Part shown: piece after piece, positions 45,799-53,984 of the stretch
Layout: each line of letters opens with the position of its first letter
Numbering within the stretch: position 1 is the first letter of the stretch
From: a virus
Lineage: Duplodnaviria; Caudoviricetes
DNA: 58,165 nt
Strand: one strand, 5' to 3'
IMG/VR virus record: IMGVR_UViG_3300037470_000764
Span: 1-58,165 of that record
Translations under genes and position numbers: made by a program
The notes under the pieces: generated by a model
Databases searched by the model: none
Told to the model about the DNA's origin: nothing
Seen by the model: the letters and a program-made list of their open reading frames with translations, nothing else

Positions 45799-46409
45799 TG
45801 AACAGCAACTACGCCATCGGCGCCGCCAAAGCGATCATGGAGGATATGCGGGGGCGCGGAGAGTTCTGCCACATCCTCGCGAAGCAGAAGCCCGACAACA
45901 ACGGTACCTGGGCGACACCGGCTGCACAGATAGCGATGGAGAACCGTATCTGCGACCTGATCGACGCGGCCTTTGAGCCGCGGGTTAAGGAGCTTCTGGT
46001 GGCGAACAACGACGAGGTCGAGAGGCGAAGGCGGGCGGAGCGGGAAGCCCTCAAAGTGCCCAACTACCAAAGTCTGCTCCTTCACCTGGAAAGGATGTTG
46101 GCCCCCAACCATCGACGACGGCCGTTCGATGTCGGCGGCCACCCGATCATCAGAGAAGAGATCGAAGTAGCATTTATCACCAAGCACGAACTGGAGAACC
46201 TCGTTGACGCGCGCGACCTACTGGAACAGTGGCATAGGGCGGAGCCGCAATGGCTTCCGGAAGAGGTAGCGGAGATCATGTCTAGGGCTGGGCGCGAGCG
46301 CATCGTTCGTGACTCCAGGCCCGGCATGAACGTTATAGCGCCCGTTGAAAAGCCCCGGTCCTCTGCGTTGCACCGCATCCGCGACCTGCTGAGAGGGAAA
46401 AGACGATGA
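45798..46409 (+). CDS. Hypothetical protein
   Basis: Coupled ORF with central coiled coil ELLVANNDEVERRRRAE. Confidence 0.7.
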   Translation: MNSNYAIGAAKAIMEDMRGRGEFCHILAKQKPDNNGTWATPAAQIAMENRICDLIDAAFEPRVKELLVANNDEVERRRRAEREALKVPNYQSLLLHLERMLAPNHRRRPFDVGGHPIIREEIEVAFITKHELENLVDARDLLEQWHRAEPQWLPEEVAEIMSRAGRERIVRDSRPGMNVIAPVEKPRSSALHRIRDLLRGKRR

Positions 46410-46807
46410 CGCGCAAAATCCGTGTGCCCGATTCATTCACCGACGACCAGACACGCTTTCTTGAGCAGACCATTAAGATGCTGGATGGAAAGTCCTGCAT
46501 GGGAATGATCGCTGTAGCGGTGCCTGAGGGCATCATGGAAGGGGCCAACGCCGAATTCAGCCTTGTTCATGTCGGCGGGACCATCATGGAAGTTGCCTTC
46601 GCCGCGGAGTGCATCCTTGCCCACCTGCAGGTTTCGACGATGACGGCGGTCAGGGAGAACCCCAACTCTCCCGACATGGAGATACTGGCGCGCATGGTGG
46701 GCCGGTTCAAAAAGGCCCGCGAAGTGCTCGCTATCTTCCCCTCGACGCCCGAAGGACCGAGATTGCCCTTCATCACGCCCGGTGGAAGCAAATGGGGGAG
46801 CGCATGA
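46406..46807 (+). CDS. Hypothetical protein
   Basis: ATGA overlaps. Confidence 0.7.
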   Translation: MTRKIRVPDSFTDDQTRFLEQTIKMLDGKSCMGMIAVAVPEGIMEGANAEFSLVHVGGTIMEVAFAAECILAHLQVSTMTAVRENPNSPDMEILARMVGRFKKAREVLAIFPSTPEGPRLPFITPGGSKWGSA

Positions 46808-46998
46808 GGATGGACGACACCGTCATATCGCGCGCTCATGACTGGGTGCAACGCCTCCCGGTGGCCGACAACATGCTCCTGTGTCAGCGATGCGGGATCG
46901 AATGCTCGATCGCAAACCTTCCGCATTCGGGACCGCGCTGTCTTCCCCACGCTGAAATGAGCACGTCAGGCTTCAAGCATGAGGGCCGTCAGACATGA
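46804..46998 (+). CDS. Small Cys/His protein
   Basis: HDW...CQRCG...C, ATGA overlaps. Confidence 0.6.
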   Translation: MRMDDTVISRAHDWVQRLPVADNMLLCQRCGIECSIANLPHSGPRCLPHAEMSTSGFKHEGRQT

Positions 46999-47396
46999 CC
47001 CAACTCCGCGCACTCTCGATCATGCAGCCCTGGGCCTGGCTGATCGTCAACGGCTATAAAGACATCGAGAACCGGTCCTGGTCGACGGGATTCCGGGGGC
47101 AACTGTTGATCCATGCCGGCAAGAAACTCGACAAATACGCCGCCTATGACGTGCTGAGCGGGGTCCACCCACTCACCCGGAAAAGCTTCCCGTTCCCGGC
47201 GCCGAAGAACGACGATCTTCATCTCGGCGGCATCGTCGGCGAGGCGGAGATCGTCGATTGCGTCGAACAATCCGACAGCGACTGGTTTGTCGGCCGCTAC
47301 GGGCTGGTGATGCTAAATGCTCGGCCGCTGCCGTTTCGCGCCTGCAAGGGCGCGCTGGGGTTTTTCCTGCCGGCGTCAGGGGGGCCGTCACCATGA
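46995..47396 (+). CDS. ASCH domain protein
   Basis: ALSIMQPWAWLIVNGYKDIENRSW...RGQLLIHAG...GGIVG...KGALGF. Confidence 0.92.
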   Translation: MTQLRALSIMQPWAWLIVNGYKDIENRSWSTGFRGQLLIHAGKKLDKYAAYDVLSGVHPLTRKSFPFPAPKNDDLHLGGIVGEAEIVDCVEQSDSDWFVGRYGLVMLNARPLPFRACKGALGFFLPASGGPSP

Positions 47397-47695
47397 GGAT
47401 ACTCGGCGAGCGCATGCCGTGCGTCGTTCCCTTCTGCCGGCGGACGCTGTCTCTCGAAAAGTACCCGAATACCTCGGAGTTTCTTTGCGGAAAACACTAC
47501 CGGCTGGCTCGAAGGACAACCCGCGCGCGATACCGGAAGCTCGAGCGCGCCGCAGGAAAATATCCCCTCACCATCTGGTGCTACAAACCCGGCTCTCCTG
47601 AGAGGCTGGCGGCGGTTAAAGCACATCGCGCCGCCGCGCTGGGCTGGCGCCGGGTAAAAGCAGAGGCCATTGAGGCCGCAGGAGGAATCCGATGA
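47393..47695 (+). CDS. Basic Cys/His hypothetical protein
   Basis: CVVPFCRRT...LCGKHY, ATGA overlap. Confidence 0.7.
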   Translation: MRILGERMPCVVPFCRRTLSLEKYPNTSEFLCGKHYRLARRTTRARYRKLERAAGKYPLTIWCYKPGSPERLAAVKAHRAAALGWRRVKAEAIEAAGGIR

Positions 47696-47919
47696 GCCAC
47701 AAATGCCACTGGCCAACCTGCGATCGCGACGTGCCGCCGAAGATGTGGGGGTGCCGCGCGCACTGGTTCAAGCTGCCGAAGAACCTGCGCGACTGGATAT
47801 GGCGAACCTATGTGCCAGGCCAGGAGAAGACGAAGACACCATCACCTGAATATCTGGAAGCCGCGACCGAGGCGCAGAAGTGGATAGCGGCCGAGATCAA
47901 GGAAGGACGCGCGACATGA
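47692..47919 (+). CDS. Small Zn-binding phage protein
   Basis: HKCHWPTC...MWGCRAHWFKLP, AGGAGG RBS. Confidence 0.75.
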   Translation: MSHKCHWPTCDRDVPPKMWGCRAHWFKLPKNLRDWIWRTYVPGQEKTKTPSPEYLEAATEAQKWIAAEIKEGRAT

Positions 47920-48194
47920 GCATAATCGGCAAGGAAGAGAAGGCCCAGCGCGAGATGAACAAGCGCGCGCCCGATGTCGATCCGGGCGCCGTGTCCGACA
48001 AACCTGACCGGCCGTATGCGGTGAACATACTCGCTGACGATCCACTGCGCATCGTGCCCGTTCATGGAGGCTGGTGCATCTACATAGGCGACCGACCCCC
48101 CGAGTGTATGGAGGGAACGCCCCTCGTCTTCACGGACGCGGCGAAGATGTCGGAATTCATTTTGGGCTGGGCGCTGTCTGCCCGGGTGTCCTGA
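47916..48194 (+). CDS. Hypothetical protein
   Basis: ATGA overlap, AAGGA RBS. Confidence 0.65.
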   Translation: MSIIGKEEKAQREMNKRAPDVDPGAVSDKPDRPYAVNILADDPLRIVPVHGGWCIYIGDRPPECMEGTPLVFTDAAKMSEFILGWALSARVS

Positions 48195-48195
48195 G

Positions 48196-48744
48196 ATGCC
48201 CCGTGATCACACCACCCGCACCGAGCCGGTCAAAGGACGCGGCCGTTGCCCGAAATGCGCCAGCCGCAGTGTCAGGCGCATCCATCAGAATATCGACGGC
48301 GTGTTCTACGGCCGCACCATTGAGGTTTGCCTCAACTGCGAAGCGCTGTGGGAACCAATGCCCGACGGCGGCGATCATGCCGACAGCGACGGCAGCCCGT
48401 TTCCCTTTCCCGAGCCTTGCGATAATTGCGCGTTCCGTCCGGGATCGCCGGAGCAGAAGGATGCCGTCAAGTGGAAGGAAATGATTGACCAGCTCGCGGC
48501 CGGCGGACAGTTCTACTGCCACAAGGGCGTACCGATTGACCCCGGTTCGGAGGATGGCTTCGCCTATCCGAAGAAACGCGATGCGAAGGCAAGCGCCCTC
48601 GCCGGTGAGACCGTCATGGTCCACGACAAACGCAAGCTCCGGCTGTGCCGCGGCTACCTCAACATGATGTCTCGCATCTGGGCGAAGGAGTTTGGTTCCG
48701 AGATCGCGGCGGAGATCGGCACCGAGGTACAGGAGGGACAATGA
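48196..48744 (+). CDS. Multi-Zn-finger protein
   Basis: CPKC, CLNC, PCDNCAFRPGS, FYCHKG and LCRGY motifs. Confidence 0.75.
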   Translation: MPRDHTTRTEPVKGRGRCPKCASRSVRRIHQNIDGVFYGRTIEVCLNCEALWEPMPDGGDHADSDGSPFPFPEPCDNCAFRPGSPEQKDAVKWKEMIDQLAAGGQFYCHKGVPIDPGSEDGFAYPKKRDAKASALAGETVMVHDKRKLRLCRGYLNMMSRIWAKEFGSEIAAEIGTEVQEGQ

Positions 48745-49445
48745 CCACACCCACCGCAGAGCAGATAGAAGCCATCAGGAAAGATGCAGAGTCGGCGGTT
48801 GGGATATCCGGCGGCGACAAGGGCTTCGCCAAGATCACGCCAAAACAGGTTCTTGCCATTCTCTCCGCACTCGCAGCAGCAGAGAGGCGAGCGGGTGAGG
48901 CGGAGGACGCAATGGTGAAGGCCATAACGGAAGCCGAGGGCTGGCAGACCGAGCGCAACGAAGCGCGTCAGAAGGCCGACGCCGAAATGCTGCGAGTCAA
49001 GGCTTGCGAGCATATCGCGCTTGGGGATGAGGGATGGGAATCGCTCCGGAATGAATGCCCCAGTACCGCCGCTGTTGCCGCGCTGAGAGACGCGCTCAAA
49101 GAGGCGGAGAAGGAGAAGGCCCGCATCAACGGCCTGTATCAATGCGCGCTTGCCGCGATCAACGAAAGCCGCGATATCCGATGGAATGCCGAAGCCGAAC
49201 GCGACACTCTCCGCGCTCGGGTGGAGAGGCTGGAGGGGGAACTGGAAGGCTTGCGGCACTTCTTCGAAAGCGTCCGCGCGGCACAGGACGAGGCCGTTCG
49301 GGTCGAACTCTACGGGAAAATTCTGGACAGGATCAACGCCATCCTCCCGTGCGAAACAAAGGGACCTGAGGACTTAGAGCCGGGATGCTGCCGGACATGC
49401 CGCGCCCGAGCCGCACTCACCAAGAAGGAGCCGAGTGATGGCTGA
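48741..49445 (+). CDS. Coiled-coil (Ead/Ea22-like) protein
   Basis: TPKQVLAIL...AAAERR, long coiled coils, C-terminal ARAALT. Confidence 0.7.
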   Translation: MTTPTAEQIEAIRKDAESAVGISGGDKGFAKITPKQVLAILSALAAAERRAGEAEDAMVKAITEAEGWQTERNEARQKADAEMLRVKACEHIALGDEGWESLRNECPSTAAVAALRDALKEAEKEKARINGLYQCALAAINESRDIRWNAEAERDTLRARVERLEGELEGLRHFFESVRAAQDEAVRVELYGKILDRINAILPCETKGPEDLEPGCCRTCRARAALTKKEPSDG

Positions 49446-49647
49446 ACGTCTCCGTCGTTACGGGTCGCACCCGATATGTCCGCGCTGTGGATGGGATCAG
49501 TTTGACGACTGGTGGCACGTTCTCAAGGTCAAGTTTCTCGGAGCCACACCGCACGGGCATCTGAATTGTGATTGCGGGCGGTTCCGGATCGACGGTCAGC
49601 CCGGCAACATCATTTCATCCTGCTACGGAGTCGAACGTCATGCTTGA
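49438..49647 (+). CDS. Small Zn-ribbon protein
   Basis: AAGGAG RBS, CPRCG...CDCG. Confidence 0.65.
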   Translation: MAERLRRYGSHPICPRCGWDQFDDWWHVLKVKFLGATPHGHLNCDCGRFRIDGQPGNIISSCYGVERHA

Positions 49648-49969
49648 CATGGTACTTGTTCCACGCGAAGCCGCGCGAGACATGCTGCAAGCGGCCCACG
49701 ACGCGCAGATTTTCATCAACATGACCGACGCCGGGTGGGCACAGGCATACGAAGCCATGATCGCCGCCGCCCCTGCATCTGGAAAGGTGACAGGGGAGCA
49801 GGTGGAGAAGATGGCGGAAGCGATGTTTGAATCGCTTGAGGGCGATGTTCACAACACAAAGTGGGCCTTTATGAAAGGTCCGGTGAATGTCGATGCTGAG
49901 ACCAAGGAGCGGTATCGCAAGATGGTTCGCGCCGCTCTCGCTTCCATAGGGCTGGGGGTGGAGGAATAG
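49640..49969 (+). CDS. Hypothetical protein
   Basis: VLVPREA...YEAMIAAAP motif, common in phage accessory genes. Confidence 0.7.
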   Translation: MLDMVLVPREAARDMLQAAHDAQIFINMTDAGWAQAYEAMIAAAPASGKVTGEQVEKMAEAMFESLEGDVHNTKWAFMKGPVNVDAETKERYRKMVRAALASIGLGVEE

Positions 49970-49970
49970 G

Positions 49971-50312
49971 ATGGGAAAGCGGAACCTCGTCCTGTCTGCC
50001 GAAAGCATTGCGGCAAAGATCGCCGCCACGGTGCGCCACCTTCGCAATGAGCGTTGCCTAAGCCTTGACGGTCTTGCTACGCGCGCCGGGCTCACGAAAA
50101 GCCATATCTGGGAGCTTGAGCAAGGCCGGTCGAAGAACCCGACGATTGCAACGTGTGTTGCGCTGGCTCGCGCGCTCGGCATTTCGCTTGAATATCTGAT
50201 CGGGCTCGACTCGACAACGCCCGCCCTGCACCCGGACGCCATGCGGATAGCCTGCGAGATCGACACGCTGCTTCGTCGGAAGCCCCGCGCCACCCCCGAA
50301 GGGAAGGACTGA
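49971..50312 (+). CDS. XRE-family HTH regulator
   Basis: VRHLRNERCLSLDGLATRAGLTKSHIWELEQGRSKNPT. Confidence 0.9.
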   Translation: MGKRNLVLSAESIAAKIAATVRHLRNERCLSLDGLATRAGLTKSHIWELEQGRSKNPTIATCVALARALGISLEYLIGLDSTTPALHPDAMRIACEIDTLLRRKPRATPEGKD

Positions 50313-50568
50313 GGGAATGCCCACCACGCGCGAACCGCTCCGCATTCGCCTTACGCTGGATGATGGTCTGGCTTCGTATCTTCGCGCACTGTGCAAAAGC
50401 GACATGGCGATTTTCGGCAATGAGCGCGAGACGATCATCTTTGCTGTGCGGGAGTTTCTCTTGAGCAAGATGACGAAGGGCAATGCCTTTCGCGAGAGCA
50501 TTATCGACAATCTGCCAGACGATCTGCAAGCGCACTGGCGCGCCACCCCCGGAAAGGACTGAGGGAAT
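50286..50568 (+). repeat. Direct repeat (~30 bp) at two consecutive gene ends
   Basis: CGCGCCACCCCCG...AAGGACTGAGGGAAT at 50286-50318 and 50539-50568. Confidence 0.8.
50317..50562 (+). CDS. Small ribbon-helix-helix-like protein
   Basis: LRIRLTLDDGLASYLRAL...ETIIFAVREFL. Confidence 0.6.
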   Translation: MPTTREPLRIRLTLDDGLASYLRALCKSDMAIFGNERETIIFAVREFLLSKMTKGNAFRESIIDNLPDDLQAHWRATPGKD

Positions 50569-50572
50569 AGCA

Positions 50573-50803
50573 ATGATCATCGCGCTGAGAACTTTGTCCG
50601 TCGTGTTCCTGCTGGCTGGCCTTGCCTTCGGCGCTCACAGTGTTCGCTTCAATGACAGCTTTCTAATCGCGCTGCTCGCCTATGCGTTTGGCTTCGCCGC
50701 TCTTCTCGTCTGGCCTTGGGGTTATAAGGCTGGCGACAAATTCAAGCGCAGCACCGCCGCAGATACGGCGCGGATGTTTAAGAAATTCAGGGAGACGCTG
50801 TAG
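50573..50803 (+). CDS. Two-TM membrane protein
   Basis: Two hydrophobic segments and a basic tail. Confidence 0.65.
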   Translation: MIIALRTLSVVFLLAGLAFGAHSVRFNDSFLIALLAYAFGFAALLVWPWGYKAGDKFKRSTAADTARMFKKFRETL

Positions 50804-50805
50804 TC

Positions 50806-51078
50806 ATGGCTGCCCCCCGCGCTCACCAGTTCTCGCTTTTTACACCCGGCGGCGCTCCGTTCAGCTTAGAGACCGCCGAGAAGGAGTTGCGCGGGCGCGT
50901 TCTCGATGAGTTTGCCGCTATATGGGGTTCATCGGAATGCGAAGGGCCTTGCCCCGACTGTGGCGCCCCCACCATTTCCGTTATCGCTCACCCTGAGGCT
51001 GCTCTCTGCCGCTGCCCTTGCGGCTGGTTCGATCAGGTTTCGATGGAGGAACTGGCGGCGGAGGACGATGATGCCTGA
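50806..51078 (+). CDS. Zn-ribbon protein
   Basis: CPDCG...CRCPCGW. Confidence 0.6.
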   Translation: MAAPRAHQFSLFTPGGAPFSLETAEKELRGRVLDEFAAIWGSSECEGPCPDCGAPTISVIAHPEAALCRCPCGWFDQVSMEELAAEDDDA

Positions 51079-51517
51079 CGATCCCAAGATCGTAGCCCTG
51101 CACCCCGAGCGGCTGGCGGCCGAGTTGGACCCCGCCGAATTCCTGACGGAGCGCGAGGCCTACAAGGAATTCGCCAAATTCCTGAGCGACCGCGAGCTGC
51201 TGCTGGCCCGGAATGCCGGCGCCATCGGCTACGTCTTGAAGGGCCGAAGCCCGCGCTATGCCCGCCGCGAGGTCTGGCGCTACATCCTCTGCGGCTATAA
51301 CATGGCCGCGGGACAGGACGGGGAAACCGCATGCAGCACGACGGAAAATTCCGCCTCGGGCGATACTGGCTCGACCGCATCGAGACGAGCCCGAACTGGT
51401 ACCGATTCTGGTATGACGCCGGCGCTCGAAAGGTCCGCCTCCGCAGTCTTGGGACGCCAGACGAGGAAGAAGCAAAAATCGCCCTCGCCGCGATCGCGCT
51501 CCGCGAAGGTGACATAG
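51068..51517 (+). CDS. Excisionase-like HTH protein with tail overlapping int
   Basis: FLTEREA...AIGYV...SPRY...VWRYI, MerR/Xis-like. Directly upstream of and overlapping the integrase. Confidence 0.6.
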   Translation: MMPDDPKIVALHPERLAAELDPAEFLTEREAYKEFAKFLSDRELLLARNAGAIGYVLKGRSPRYARREVWRYILCGYNMAAGQDGETACSTTENSASGDTGSTASRRARTGTDSGMTPALERSASAVLGRQTRKKQKSPSPRSRSAKVT

Positions 51518-52671
51518 AGGCCGACCCGCGCGAGGGCGGCAACCCCTCCGATGTCAGGCTCATCACGGTCTTCGACCACTACTGGACAAACCATTCCGAC
51601 AGGAAGCCTCGTGGCGGCGATGCGCGCTATGCCTGCGAAGCCCTGCTGGACTATATGGACGACGCGCTGCAGCGGCCGGCGCGCGTCTCCGACCTCACCC
51701 GGGCCCGGCAGCGCGCCTTCATGATTCATTCCAGCCAGAAGCGCGGCCATGCCGTGGCGACGATTTCGCGCAATCTCTCGATCGTCAACGCGGCGCTCAA
51801 TTTCGCGGTGCAGGAGCAGATCGTCACCGACGCCAATGGCGAGGAGCAGGAGATCAAGCTCCTGAAATTCGCGCCGAAGCTCTACTACGCCGACACCTAT
51901 ATCTCGGAGGTGACAGGGGCGCCGATGCCGCGGCCGCGCAACACCGCGCCGGCGCTCGAGGATCTGGCCGCGTTCATCGAAGACATCCCCAAGGGCAAGG
52001 ACCGGCTCTTCCGCTACGTGGTGCTGGCGCTCAACACTTGGGGCCGGCCAGGCGCTATCGTCGAGCTCGGGCCCGCCATGGTCGACCACCGGCATGGGCT
52101 CCTCGACATGAACCCCGAAGGCCGGCGTCAGACGAAGAAGCGCCGGCCGGTCGTCGCCATCTCGAAGAACCTCGCGGGCTGGATCGAGCACTGGGCGCGC
52201 GTCGACCCGGCAGGCGCGGAGCGCTGGATCACGCATGCCGACGCGCCGGTCAAGGACATCAAGGTCGTCTGGCGCGGCCACCGCGATCAGCGGGACGAGG
52301 ACGGCGCGCGGCTCTACGCCGAGACCATCACGCGCTACGCGCTTCGTCACATGATGGCGACGGCGGCGAAGAACGCGAAGCGGCCGCGGGTGCCGAAAGA
52401 GCAGCGCGACGTGATGATGGGGCATGCCGATCCCGACCGCCGCGTGGCCGATGGTTACGGCGTTTACGAGCCGGGCTTCCTGCGCGAGGCGGTGCAGGTG
52501 ACGGACCAGGTGATGACGCGGCTGAACGACGCGATCCGCGCCCGCGCCAAAGCCGAAGGGCGCCATCCGAAGCGGCTTCTGGTTGCACCAAAGTTGCACC
52601 AAAGCGCGAAGCGCGATGCAGATGCACTGGAAAACAAAAAAGCCGGCAAGCACTTGAAGCTCATCGGCTAA
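51331..52671 (+). CDS. int: Tyrosine integrase
   Basis: LALNTWGRP (R), TKKRR (K), YALRH, MMGH and C-terminal Tyr. Adjacent attP. Confidence 0.92.
   Translation: MQHDGKFRLGRYWLDRIETSPNWYRFWYDAGARKVRLRSLGTPDEEEAKIALAAIALREGDIEADPREGGNPSDVRLITVFDHYWTNHSDRKPRGGDARYACEALLDYMDDALQRPARVSDLTRARQRAFMIHSSQKRGHAVATISRNLSIVNAALNFAVQEQIVTDANGEEQEIKLLKFAPKLYYADTYISEVTGAPMPRPRNTAPALEDLAAFIEDIPKGKDRLFRYVVLALNTWGRPGAIVELGPAMVDHRHGLLDMNPEGRRQTKKRRPVVAISKNLAGWIEHWARVDPAGAERWITHADAPVKDIKVVWRGHRDQRDEDGARLYAETITRYALRHMMATAAKNAKRPRVPKEQRDVMMGHADPDRRVADGYGVYEPGFLREAVQVTDQVMTRLNDAIRARAKAEGRHPKRLLVAPKLHQSAKRDADALENKKAGKHLKLIG
52583..52604 (+). repeat. Integrase arm-type sites, left pair
   Basis: TTGCACCAAAG x2 in tandem, inside the 3' end of int. 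Confidence 0.8.
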
Positions 52672-52684
52672 TTCGTTTTCGCAT

Positions 52685-52734
52685 TGGTCGGAGTGGCAGG
52701 ATTCGAACCTGCGACCCCCTCGTCCCGAACGAGG
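52685..52734 (-). other. attP: attP core = 3' part of tRNA-Pro(CGG)
   Basis: CCTCG-TTCGGGA-CGAGG anticodon arm, T arm, acceptor 3' strand and CCA. The 5' half is absent. Confidence 0.9.
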
Positions 52735-52796
52735 GGACGGCGTCCCGATCCTGAGCATTTCCGCGTGGAAATGCCGGGAAGAACAGGGCGTTCGAT

Positions 52797-52826
52797 GGGA
52801 ACAAGGCGGGGACAACGGGGGAACAA
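52797..52826 (+). repeat. 11-bp-period repeats (candidate Xis/RDF sites)
   Basis: GGG(A/G)ACAA at 52797, 52808 and 52819. Confidence 0.55.
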
Positions 52827-52834
52827 GTGGACAT

Positions 52835-52856
52835 TTGCACCAAAGTTGCACCAAAG
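52835..52856 (+). repeat. Integrase arm-type sites, right pair
   Basis: TTGCACCAAAG x2, identical to the left pair. Confidence 0.8.
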
Positions 52857-52940
52857 TCCCCGCGCCGCCGCAAGATCACAAAACCGGACCCATTGAATGC
52901 GAGGGCTTGCAAAAAAGCGCGCTCGCATCGCTATAGTCGG

Positions 52941-52976
52941 TTGACAGACGACGCCGCAAGGTAACAAAATGTGGAC
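52941..52976 (+). promoter_or_regulatory. tRNA promoter overlapped by operator copy D
   Basis: TTGACA at 52941. AAGGTAACAAAATGTGGAC (52958-52976) has two mismatches to the operator. Confidence 0.65.
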
Positions 52977-52982
52977 ATCGTT

Positions 52983-53057
52983 TGTGGGGTGGAGCAGCGG
53001 TAGCTCGACGGTCTCATAAGCCGTAGGTCGGCAGTTCGAATCTGTCCCCCGCAACCA
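52983..53057 (+). tRNA. tRNA-Met(CAT), initiator-like
   Basis: Full cloverleaf: TGTGGGG/CCCCGCA acceptor, GAGC/GCTC D stem, ACGGT-CTCATAA-GCCGT, GGCAG-TTCGAAT-CTGTC, encoded CCA. Confidence 0.92.
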
Positions 53058-53085
53058 TCAATGCGCAGGCCTCAAGGGAAGCACG

Positions 53086-53379
53086 ATGATCAACTTTCTC
53101 AACGACCACATTTCACCGGAAATCCGGTCGCGGTGGAACATCGGCGCCCAGGACGAGGACTCCGAGACGGGAGCTGTCACGATCGAGGGAAACAGCGACG
53201 GGCGCGCCCTCCTGGCCGTGCTGACGGTTGAGGGTGTGGCGGCCCTTTCCTCACCTGAGGGTGTCGACGCGCTGGTCGATACGGCCATGCGGAGCGCCCT
53301 CGCCACGTCGAAATCCATCGTTCCGGAAGTGGCTGAGGATGACGCGCCCGAGATCGCCGCCGAGTCGGATGAGGGCTAA
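53086..53379 (+). CDS. Acidic hypothetical protein
   Basis: ORF directly downstream of the tRNA. Confidence 0.65.
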   Translation: MINFLNDHISPEIRSRWNIGAQDEDSETGAVTIEGNSDGRALLAVLTVEGVAALSSPEGVDALVDTAMRSALATSKSIVPEVAEDDAPEIAAESDEG

Positions 53380-53457
53380 GGCCGCGCTGTAAACACCCCC
53401 GGAGAGGCCCGCCGTTCCACGGATGAACTGGGCGGCGGGCCTCACATTGCGGAGGAA

Positions 53458-53733
53458 ATGGCCTTGATCAATAAATGCGACGAATGCGGCGCGGATTTCG
53501 ACGACGCCAAGCGTTTGACGCTCTGTCCGCACGATAGCCTGATGTCCGATGCGGACATGGCGCAGAAGGATGCCGGGCAAGCTCTTATCGGCAAGAAGGT
53601 GCGTTTTGCTCACCAGCCCGAGGGGCCGGCACATGCGGTCCAGTCCGTTGGCTGGAATGGCATGGTCACGCTGGCTGATATGTCGGGCGAATTCGCGCCG
53701 CATATCTTCGTCGTCGGTGAGGCCGGGATATGA
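53458..53733 (+). CDS. Hypothetical protein (Cys cluster plus SH3-like part)
   Basis: GGAGG RBS, CDECG...CPH. Confidence 0.7.
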   Translation: MALINKCDECGADFDDAKRLTLCPHDSLMSDADMAQKDAGQALIGKKVRFAHQPEGPAHAVQSVGWNGMVTLADMSGEFAPHIFVVGEAGI

Positions 53734-53984
53734 GCCTGCACCTGGCAAAGCCGGAGCATGAAGTCGCCTATCAGGATCTGTGCGCCCTCGTGAACAAGCA
53801 CGCCGATAAGCTGACATCTCTCGAGCTGCTGGCGGTAGCGGCCAACATGCTCGGCAAGCTGATTGCCCTCCAGGATATGCGAACCGTCTCCCCGCAAGCG
53901 GCGATGGAGATCGTCAGCCAGAACATTCAGCATGGCAACAAGCAGGTGCTGGAGCAGCTTGAGAAGAGCCTGGGGAGCGGATGA
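53730..53984 (+). CDS. Hypothetical helical protein
   Basis: ELLAVAANMLGKLIALQD...MEIVSQNIQHGN, coupled. Confidence 0.75.
   Translation: MSLHLAKPEHEVAYQDLCALVNKHADKLTSLELLAVAANMLGKLIALQDMRTVSPQAAMEIVSQNIQHGNKQVLEQLEKSLGSG

Noticed and set aside
52685-52760. Complete tRNA-Pro gene
   Set aside because: The D arm and 5' acceptor strand are missing. It is the attP core.
52799-52824. Tandem LexA boxes GAAC-N7-GGAC-N7-GAAC
   Set aside because: The middle half-site is mismatched, the spacers are G-rich, and the position between core and arm sites fits recombination-directionality sites better. Not fully excluded.
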